Origin: an uncultured virus (IMG/VR IMGVR_UViG_3300047496_000236)
Lineage: Duplodnaviria > Heunggongvirae > Uroviricota > Caudoviricetes
IMG/VR virus record: IMGVR_UViG_3300047496_000236
Length of the DNA stretch: 64,000 bases
Reading direction: 5' to 3' (one strand)
In this document: positions 56,767-64,000 of the stretch, one piece after another
Layout: each line of letters starts with the position of its first letter
How positions within the stretch are numbered: the first letter of the stretch is position 1
The notes under the pieces: model-generated
Database searches by the model: none
The model's input: the letters and a program-made list of their open reading frames with translations, nothing else
Told to the model about the DNA's origin: nothing
Translations under genes and position numbers: made by a program

Positions 56767-57062
56767 GATGATCCCTCGCTACAGTTGTCGACTGCGCGTT
56801 AATGGGTGCTACAGGATGTCTGGGAATGACGCCGCTGCTTGATGGTGCAGTCCGTGCTAGAGCCCGGGGAAACCATGCCCTGGCCCTGTGAGGAGCGACC
56901 TCTGCCAGAGACCGGAATGACTCCTGTGAAACTGACCAGTCCATCCTCGGGGATTCCGGCATCTCTACTGCGCCGGAAACCCAAGTGCCAGGAGAACCCC
57001 ATAGGGGAGCCCTGGCGGTCCTGGTGACCAACCTGATCTTGGCTAGGCGGGGGGTCGGCCCG

Positions 57063-57500
57063 CTAGCCCAAGTAGAACATTCCAATCGCACGGGCCACAG
57101 GCGCCCGCCGCCGCTCCTTTCGGATAACGGCGATATATTCCATGATGACGAACCCCAGCTTCTCGTGGACGAGAAGGGTGGTGCCGGCCCCTTCGGGATC
57201 ATGGAGCGCGCGAACCTCAGGGGAACCCCCGGCGAGGAGCTGGAGCTCCTCGTCAGCGATGGCCCTGAATCCACTCCTGGTCTGCGCGTATGCGTCGATA
57301 GCCACCCAGGACTCGTACAGCTCCTTCCTGACGAAGTTGCAGGCGAGCCTGAAAGTTCCGATCGCACGCACCCGTCTGAGCTCCGCAGCCGCCGCAGCGC
57401 TAGCGGGACCCCACTCGTCACCTTCGGCGCCCAGGGCTGCGAGGTAGGCCTGGTTAGCCTTGTACTCCAGACGCCGTCGAGCTGCTTCGGCGTCGTTCAT
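57063..57500 (-). CDS. hypothetical protein
   Basis: Start at MNDAE, ATGA-coupled. Confidence 0.55.
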   Translation of the reverse strand: MNDAEAARRRLEYKANQAYLAALGAEGDEWGPASAAAAAELRRVRAIGTFRLACNFVRKELYESWVAIDAYAQTRSGFRAIADEELQLLAGGSPEVRALHDPEGAGTTLLVHEKLGFVIMEYIAVIRKERRRAPVARAIGMFYLG

Positions 57501-57763
57501 GGGGCCCTCGCCTTCTTGGGCTTCGGGATCCCCTTGGCCCTCACGAGCCTGACGCCTCCGGGGCAGTCCCAGGCCTTTGCCAATTTCTTGGCTCCGGCCC
57601 GGGGCAGCCCCGGCACATAGCACCACCCGATGCGGTGCCTCGTCAGCAGTTCCCGCTCGTGCGGGCCCGCTGCTCTTGCTGGGATCACGGCCCAGCGCCG
57701 ACGCCTGCTGCGGCGCCCTCTGTGCCCCCACTTACGAGGGAATGTGGAGCGAGGCGTCTCCAT
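57497..57763 (-). CDS. small basic protein
   Basis: Arg/Lys-rich coupled ORF. Confidence 0.45.
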   Translation of the reverse strand: METPRSTFPRKWGHRGRRSRRRRWAVIPARAAGPHERELLTRHRIGWCYVPGLPRAGAKKLAKAWDCPGGVRLVRAKGIPKPKKARAP

Positions 57764-57767
57764 GGAC

Positions 57768-58014
57768 CTAGACCGTCGCCAGCTTGCGCTTCGACTTCAC
57801 CTTGGCCCTGGCCCTGGCCTTGCCCACGGCCTTGCCGAGAGACTTCTCGACCTTGGCCGTCTTGCCGTAGGCCGCCTCCCTGATGCGATCCACCGCCATG
57901 CTGACGGCGTCGGGGTACCGCCGGGCCACCCACTGACCGCCATAGATGACGGCAGCGGTGGCGCCTGCGGCGCAGAGACCCAACGCAACGTTGGGCGAAA
58001 TGACGATAGCCATG
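57768..58014 (-). CDS. small TM protein with basic tail
   Basis: GGAGG RBS before MAIVI. Confidence 0.6.
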
Positions 58015-58095
58015 TGAAACCTCCCCTTCGGGGTTCTGCCGCCGGAAGTGGCGGACATCCAGAGGCCAAGCTGGGGCCTTGGCCACTGGTGTCTG

Positions 58096-58536
58096 TCATT
58101 TCTTCAGAGATGCCCTCCTGGTGGGCACCTTCGTCACGACGTACTCGGAGCAGAACCTCCGATACTCGCAGGGCTCCCTTGCGGGATCCGCAATCCGGAG
58201 GGTGTCCCCCCGGACACCGTGAACCACGACGACATGAGGGATGCCGAAGTAGTTCACAGAGGCCACCAGGATGAAACCGGCCCTCAGGAGGCGCCTGGCC
58301 TCCGGGAACAGGAGGCGCTGACCTGAGTACGTCGACCGGAGCCCGTAGGTCCTCAGGGCCTTGGCGACCCTTTGCACCGAGGTGCCGTCCTTGGTGGCCC
58401 CAAGAAGCGGAATGAGATCCCGCGTCGGGACCCCCCATCCGAGGCAGGCATCGATGACCATCCCCGTGCACTCACATGCACAGGTCCAGTCCCGATACTG
58501 GAGACGCCTCCGGAGCGGATAGAGCACGGTGCTCAT
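58096..58536 (-). CDS. peptidase C39-like cysteine protease
   Basis: Q....C(ACEC..M), DGTS...AL..YG, H.VVV.G, ADPA. Confidence 0.7.
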   Translation of the reverse strand: MSTVLYPLRRRLQYRDWTCACECTGMVIDACLGWGVPTRDLIPLLGATKDGTSVQRVAKALRTYGLRSTYSGQRLLFPEARRLLRAGFILVASVNYFGIPHVVVVHGVRGDTLRIADPAREPCEYRRFCSEYVVTKVPTRRASLKK

Positions 58537-58710
58537 TTCAGCTCCGGCGGGATCTCTGGATGGAGCTCCTGCCTGGCGTTCGTCAGCTTCTGCATTGAAG
58601 CCTCCTTCCGCCCCTCAGGGGCTTGGGGTGAAGCCGAACCCCGGGCTGCAGCCCCGGGGTTGGCGTAGATACGGGCCTTGGAGGCCTGCCGTCTCCGGCA
58701 GGCCTCCGAG

Positions 58711-59319
58711 TTATCCATGGGTCACCATGGACAAAAACGCCGACAGGGCCCACAGGGCCGTGACGGCCCCGGCGCCGCCGAAGAGCTTGGGCCCCAGGCC
58801 CTCACTCTTGCCGATGACAACGCGCTCCTGCGCCATATCCAGGGGAAGCTCGAGCGCATGCCCGTGCTTCCCGCTGAGCGCCGTAAGCGCGGCGCTAGAG
58901 ACCTCCTCGAAGCCCGTCCAGTCCGCTCCATGAACGGACCCGATCCATTCCTCACCCCTGGAGACCCCGGCATAGGTCCCCCCGGAGAGCTCGTGGATCC
59001 GACGCGCCAAGAGCTCGACTCGTTCCTGCCGGACGACCGCGCCGAAGAAGCGGTCGATCGCCTCCAGAGCAAAGAGCTTGCTATCGCCCCTGCTCCGCCC
59101 CGGGATAACGACGATCTCCCAGGGCCGCTTGCCCAGGAGGAGGGCGCTGAGGACCTCCACGGGGTCCTTGTGGGCATCGTGGTGAACCACGTTTCCCCAT
59201 TTGCGCGTATCCAAGGTCGCCACCCTTCCCTTCCTCTCGTGCAAAAGGTTCCATTCGAAACCGCCTTCTTTCCAGGGCTTGATCCTGGTGAGGGTCCAAG
59301 GCCCATTGTTGGTCTGCAT
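58711..59319 (-). CDS. hypothetical protein with C-terminal TM
   Basis: GGGAGGA RBS before MQTNN. Confidence 0.6.
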   Translation of the reverse strand: MQTNNGPWTLTRIKPWKEGGFEWNLLHERKGRVATLDTRKWGNVVHHDAHKDPVEVLSALLLGKRPWEIVVIPGRSRGDSKLFALEAIDRFFGAVVRQERVELLARRIHELSGGTYAGVSRGEEWIGSVHGADWTGFEEVSSAALTALSGKHGHALELPLDMAQERVVIGKSEGLGPKLFGGAGAVTALWALSAFLSMVTHG

Positions 59320-59643
59320 GTGTCCTCCCTGCCTTGTAGGCATATGGGGTAAACCCGCCTGAGACGCAGACCTCAAGCGAGCGGGGAATTCCGGATACCA
59401 TGCCTCCGGTGGGGCATTGCGGCGATCTCGTTCCGCATCGCTCAGCTGTACTGCGCTAAGCCAGGGAACGAGTCCTCGTTTCCAGGGCGCCTTGATTGAG
59501 GTTGAGCGCGCTCCTTTCGGAGCCCTAGCCCTCCTCGCATTGCGCAGCGAATCGCGACCTGTTATTTACCCGGACAGGTTCCGGGAAGCCTAGTAGGCAC
59601 ACGAATCCTCCCTGCCCCTGTGGGGCATCCTGGGGTGAAGAAG

Positions 59644-59829
59644 CTAGACAGCCCTCTCAACCTGGCCCCACTTCACTCGCCACTCCAGAACGGTCCAGAC
59701 CCCGTTCTGATGAAGGAGGCGACTGGGCAGCCACTTGCCGTTCTCCAGGATTCCCTGGATCTCACGGCTGCGGCCGAGGGTGCGTTCGCACCGTGAAATG
59801 AGCTCCTCCATCTGACGCACTGAGCGCAT
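59644..59829 (-). CDS. small hypothetical protein
   Basis: GGGAGG RBS. Confidence 0.5.
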   Translation of the reverse strand: MRSVRQMEELISRCERTLGRSREIQGILENGKWLPSRLLHQNGVWTVLEWRVKWGQVERAV

Positions 59830-59949
59830 TGAAGCCTCCCTGCCCCGTGGGGCACCTGGGGAAAAGGAAGCGGGGACTCGATGACCTCCCGCGGTAGCCC
59901 CCCTTTCTTCGGTTCAGGGGCCGGCAGCTCTGGGTACTGCATCCCTAAA

Positions 59950-60480
59950 TCAGACCTCCCTAGGAGGCGTACGAACCCATAGGCTCGCCGGGCTCAGGTC
60001 AGCCGGAACCCTCTTTATGCCCACAGCCAGGTGTGGGCCCCGCACCTCATCTGGGCGGGCGGCAGAGTACTGGCAGGCTTTCCCGCTGTGGCGGTGGCCT
60101 CAAATGGATCCCGAAAGATCCCATGTCCGCATTCCAAGGATTACGGTAAACCAAACCCCACAGGGCTCGCCTTTGCTAGCCCCAGGAACCCCATAGGCTT
60201 TGGGTTCCGTACGCGGTCACAGTCCGGCCGCGAGCGCTGAACACCCTGCAGGGGTTCAGACACCTGGGGTATACCCAGGGACCGGGGGATGGCCCCCCGT
60301 TGTATTCAGGATCCTGCAGGACCCCTACTGACTGCGGCGGCGTCAGCCCTCCCCCTGCCCTGGGGTCGTATAGCCAGACACAACAGCGCTACAGCGCGGT
60401 TCGTCCTTCCAGGGGCGTACCGGTTTCCCGGTACCTAAGAGATCCTTCGCGCTAGTTATAGTACGAAGGTCCTCAAGTAG
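59950..60480 (-). ncRNA. putative structured non-coding RNA of unknown class
   Basis: No convincing ORF; GAAA- and UUCG-capped hairpins on the minus strand; long-range inverted repeat 59967-59979/60201-60214. Confidence 0.4.
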
Positions 60481-60531
60481 TAATACGCGAAACCGGGTCT
60501 TTATTTACCCCCCGGGGACCCCCGGGGTCCC

Positions 60532-61020
60532 TCAATCACGCCACATCAGGACCCCATCTTCGGCAGGGCATCCTAGGGGGTGAAAGAAGCCCTGGACGAC
60601 CCCCCGGGGGACGAATCCCAGCTTCTGCCAGATCCGCATGGCGCGGCTCCACTTCGGGTTCACGAGGCCTATAGCCGGGGGGGCCCCGGGCCCCCCTAGG
60701 AGGGCTCCTACGAGGCCCCGGCCAACCCCTGGATACCCCGGCATAGCCGCCACTGATGTGACATACAGGAGACCCCCGCGGGGCGCCCTCATGAGGTCGA
60801 TCTCGGGCTTCCCGATGTCGTATATCCGCCAGATCTCCAGGGCCGTTGCGTAGCCCTGAACAACCCCATCGATCTCCCCCACGACGAAGGTCTCCGGGGC
60901 ATACCAGAGCTGGCGCCAGAACGGGAGCGCGTTGGGAGCCGCGATGCCAAGGGCAAAGGACGCCGTCTCGATCTCGAGGACGCGCTCGATGTCAGCGGAG
61001 ACCGCCTGCCGGATGATCAC
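60532..61020 (-). CDS. GNAT (RimI-like) acetyltransferase
   Basis: IRQA...D...V.EIE..SF, YVTSVAA...PGVGRGL, AMRIWQKLGF. Confidence 0.8.
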   Translation of the reverse strand: MIIRQAVSADIERVLEIETASFALGIAAPNALPFWRQLWYAPETFVVGEIDGVVQGYATALEIWRIYDIGKPEIDLMRAPRGGLLYVTSVAAMPGYPGVGRGLVGALLGGPGAPPAIGLVNPKWSRAMRIWQKLGFVPRGVVQGFFHPLGCPAEDGVLMWRD

Positions 61021-63557
61021 TGCTGCTGATCGCCAGCGAGGCCCCTGGCGGCTCCATAGCCGCCGAGGCCGACCCCGCCGGCTCCGAGGGCCTTGATGCT
61101 GGCGAGGAGGTGGGTATCGCGGCCCTGCATCTCGGACTGCAGGTTGTGATTCGTGAGCGTGCTATTGGCAAAGAAATCGGGGACCCACTTCGGGGTCGGA
61201 TACAGAAGCCCGGAATGGCTGTTCGGATTCGCCTCGAAGATGATGGGTTTGCCACCCTTCCGGAAGCCGACATCGAAGGCGCCGCTGAGCTGCGAGTTCC
61301 GCTTGGCGAGCTGGGGTTCAAGGTGATCCCGGAGGGCCTGCTCAGCCCTGCGGGCCCCGGGATCCAGTCCGAGTTGGCCCAGGTAGCCCTGAATGGTCTT
61401 GTGCCGGGCCTCGGCCCCGGGGATCACGCGGCCATTGACCATGTGGACCCTGTACTCGCTGGCGAGACCCCAAGGCGGCCTCTCGAGATCCACGCGGGGC
61501 TGGACGAAGCCCAGGGTAGGGTTCCTGAGGTAGCTCTGGAGCCTCCAGGCCTGCGCGTAGTCCGGGTTCTCTTTAAGGGCTGAGATCCATTCCTCGGGGT
61601 CATCCTTGAGGGCATGGACATCCCGGGGAGTCATAGAGGTCCCCGGGATCTTCTCGCCCTTGGCGTAGCTGAAGTGGGGCAGGATGTCGTCCAGGTTGCT
61701 CTGGTCGTTGAAGAGGGTCCCGGCGCTCTGGAAGTCCCGGCGCCCCTTCATGATCCATTGGGGTGGCAGCTTGTTCAGGCGCTCCTCGAGCCAGGGGCGC
61801 AGGGCGTCCCCCTTGGGCACGGGACCCCCGAGGACCTTGCTGAGAGGTGTTACCTCAGGAACCAGGCCAGGGACCAGCTTGCGGAGGCTCTGGAGTTCCT
61901 TGAGTTTGTCGTCGACGCCGAAGAACTTGAGATCCCCGGCGGTAGGCCCGATCCCGAGACGACCCCCTGGGTTCCTGTCCGCCCTGAAGTTGACCATGCC
62001 TCGGGGAGCCTTCTCTCCGTTGGGGCCGACGTGCTTGGTGCCGTAGGTCAGGTACGCCAAGAGATCCCGCATGACGCCCGGCTTCTGCTTCGCAAGCTCA
62101 TCGAAGTCCTCCTGGGGCACATGCCGGAAGAGGCCCTTCTGACGCACGAGCTCAGTCATCTCGGGGCTCAGGATGCCTCCACGACCCCGGCGCGCGATGG
62201 CGTACGCGAGGGCCGCCGGAATCCCGGCTGCCGCGGCGTAGCCAGAGGCCGGCAGGGCCTTCTTCTTGTGCGGGGGTCCCGTGGGTATCAGGGACGCCGT
62301 CTTGTCGCCCTGGAGCTCCCTGGCGGCCCCGTAGGCCCCGGCCCCTGCAGCGGCAGCCCCGGTGCCCTTGAGGCCCGCCATGAGCCAGGTATCACGCCCC
62401 TGGATGGCGCCCTGAAGGCTGTGGTTGCTGAAGGCGGCCCTGCCAATGTCCATGGGGTTCCAGCTCGGGTTGGGGTAGAGGTGACCCGAATAACTATTCG
62501 GGTTCGCCTCAAAAGCGGTGGCCTTCCCTGAGGGATCCAGCCCGACATCAAAGCCGCCGCTGAGGCTCGAACCCCTGGCAGCCAATGCGGGTTCCAGGTG
62601 CTCCCGGAGGGCCTGCTCTGCTTTGTGGGCCCCCGGATCCAGACCGAGCATGCCGAGGAGATGCCGCACCTTGTTGTAGCGTGACGTGGTTCCGGGAACC
62701 ACTTTGCCATTGAGGACGTGGACGCGGTACTCCTGCTTCCCCAGGAAAGGGTTCGTGGCGATTTGGGTCCTGGTCTGAGCGAAACCGGAACCCGGGTTCT
62801 TGAGGTAGCCCTTGAGACGCCAGGCCATGGCGTACTCCGGGTTCTGCTTCAGCGCCGCGGACCACTCATTGGCTCTGCTGGGGGACCTCCGGATCTCCTC
62901 GAGCTGATTCGGGGTCATGTCGATCCCGGGGATCATGGCATCCGAGGGATGGTTCATGTACGGCAGGACCTTCTTGAGGTCGGCCTGATCCGTGAGGAGA
63001 CCCCCGGCGGAATCGAAGTCCTTCTTGCCCTTCAGGATCCACTTCGGCCCCAGCACCTTGAGATTCTTCCGCAACCAGGGCTCCAGTGCGGGCCCCGTGG
63101 GCGGGGTCCCCTTGAGGACGCCGGAGAGTCTGGTGAACTTGGGGGTGATACCGGGGGCCAGCTTGTGGAGGAGGGCGGTCTCCTTGAGCTTGTTGCCCTC
63201 GCGGAAATCCCGGATGTCGGCCTCATTGGGTCCGACCCCGAGGGGGCCCCCAGGCTTCTTCAGCGGATTGATGTCCACCATACCGGCGCCCCTGGGGGCT
63301 TCCGTTCCGACGTGCTTGGTGCCATAGGTCAGATACGCCAGGAGGGAGCGCAGCGGCGACTTGTCCAGGGCGGCGGCGTCGGTCTCGTCGACGTGACGGA
63401 AGACCCCTTTGGCCCTGGCGGCCTCCATGAGCTCGGGGCCCAGGAGACCCCCGCGGCCCCTGCGGGCGATCAGCATGGCAATGGCAGCGGGGATGCCAGC
63501 GGCTGCGGCGTAACCTGAGGCCGGCAGCCTCTTCTTGGGCTTGTGCTCTTGGACCAT
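61017..63557 (-). CDS. tandem-duplicated ATP-grasp (RimK-like) ligase
   Basis: Two modules, each with WI.KG..DF.SAG, EYRVH..NG.V and FDVG...FEANPN, flanked by hydrophobic Ala/Gly segments. Confidence 0.8.
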   Translation of the reverse strand: MVQEHKPKKRLPASGYAAAAGIPAAIAMLIARRGRGGLLGPELMEAARAKGVFRHVDETDAAALDKSPLRSLLAYLTYGTKHVGTEAPRGAGMVDINPLKKPGGPLGVGPNEADIRDFREGNKLKETALLHKLAPGITPKFTRLSGVLKGTPPTGPALEPWLRKNLKVLGPKWILKGKKDFDSAGGLLTDQADLKKVLPYMNHPSDAMIPGIDMTPNQLEEIRRSPSRANEWSAALKQNPEYAMAWRLKGYLKNPGSGFAQTRTQIATNPFLGKQEYRVHVLNGKVVPGTTSRYNKVRHLLGMLGLDPGAHKAEQALREHLEPALAARGSSLSGGFDVGLDPSGKATAFEANPNSYSGHLYPNPSWNPMDIGRAAFSNHSLQGAIQGRDTWLMAGLKGTGAAAAGAGAYGAARELQGDKTASLIPTGPPHKKKALPASGYAAAAGIPAALAYAIARRGRGGILSPEMTELVRQKGLFRHVPQEDFDELAKQKPGVMRDLLAYLTYGTKHVGPNGEKAPRGMVNFRADRNPGGRLGIGPTAGDLKFFGVDDKLKELQSLRKLVPGLVPEVTPLSKVLGGPVPKGDALRPWLEERLNKLPPQWIMKGRRDFQSAGTLFNDQSNLDDILPHFSYAKGEKIPGTSMTPRDVHALKDDPEEWISALKENPDYAQAWRLQSYLRNPTLGFVQPRVDLERPPWGLASEYRVHMVNGRVIPGAEARHKTIQGYLGQLGLDPGARRAEQALRDHLEPQLAKRNSQLSGAFDVGFRKGGKPIIFEANPNSHSGLLYPTPKWVPDFFANSTLTNHNLQSEMQGRDTHLLASIKALGAGGVGLGGYGAARGLAGDQQQ

Positions 63558-63572
63558 GAGCAGAGCTTAGCT

Positions 63573-63592
63573 CTTTCTCCGCGCGGAGAAAG
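63573..63592. repeat. 18-bp palindrome family copy 8
   Basis: ctttctccgcgcggagaaag, intergenic. Confidence 0.9.
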
Positions 63593-63593
63593 G

Positions 63594-64000
63594 TTAGGCG
63601 GTCTGCAGGCTCAGCATCTCGATGAGGACATCCGCATCGGGGCGAGGCCACGTCTCGAGGATCTCGGAGGCCCGCTCGAAGCCGACACCCTTGACCTCGT
63701 TGTAGAGCGCGGGATCCACAGCGGCGACCTTGGCCCAATCCAAGTCGGAGAGCCGGATCGTCTTGCCGTTCATGAGGTGGACGAGGCCGTCTTCTGAGGC
63801 CGTCTTCACGTTGAGCACGGTGTCGTGGTACAGGGCCTCCTCGGGGAGCTCCAGGGAGACCCCGTAGGCCAGCTTGAGGCCCTGTTCGTCATCCAGAGCA
63901 TCGAACGCCTTCATGGCGTACTCATCCCAGTCCGGGAAGTCGGAGGTGCTCCTGAGGATCGCGGCGACCTTGATGCAGCTCGGAGCCAGCGCGACATCGC
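63594..64000 (-). CDS. hypothetical protein (partial, 5' end outside the window)
   Basis: Frame is open to the right edge; contains KVAA and KTAS motifs. Confidence 0.6.
   Translation of the reverse strand, partial: DVALAPSCIKVAAILRSTSDFPDWDEYAMKAFDALDDEQGLKLAYGVSLELPEEALYHDTVLNVKTASEDGLVHLMNGKTIRLSDLDWAKVAAVDPALYNEVKGVGFERASEILETWPRPDADVLIEMLSLQTA

Noticed and set aside
1..64000. Stop-codon reassignment
   Set aside because: Core genes are intact in code 11, and TAG, TGA and TAA all end coupled genes

Overview
This window looks like a segment of a large, GC-rich (about 65% by eye) tailed dsDNA phage genome. Essentially all real genes are on the minus strand and tightly coupled through ATGA/TGATG overlaps. 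From right to left it contains: (i) a protein with two tandem ATP-grasp domains next to a GNAT acetyltransferase; (ii) an approximately 7 kb gene-poor zone (53.3-60.5 kb) with small peptides, a C39-like peptidase, terminators and probable structured RNAs; (iii) a terminase large subunit; (iv) a replication/recombination module with an HTH protein carrying internal iteron-like repeats, SbcD/SbcC, an SF2 helicase, a DnaB-like helicase, a primase, a family A DNA polymerase with an N-terminal UDG-like domain, an SSB candidate, RecA, RusA and exonucleases; (v) nucleotide-metabolism genes and a holin-like/outer-membrane-like pair; (vi) about 20 kb of small accessory genes, including two paralog triplets. 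The most unusual signals are an 18-bp palindrome (TTTCTCCGCGCGGAGAAA) recurring 8 times at roughly 9-12 kb spacing, strong GGATCC enrichment, a graspetide-like enzyme set (two ATP-grasp domains, GNAT, C39 peptidase) near a pair of paralogous small peptides, and tetraloop-rich non-coding regions. All calls come from reading motifs by eye; no searches were run.
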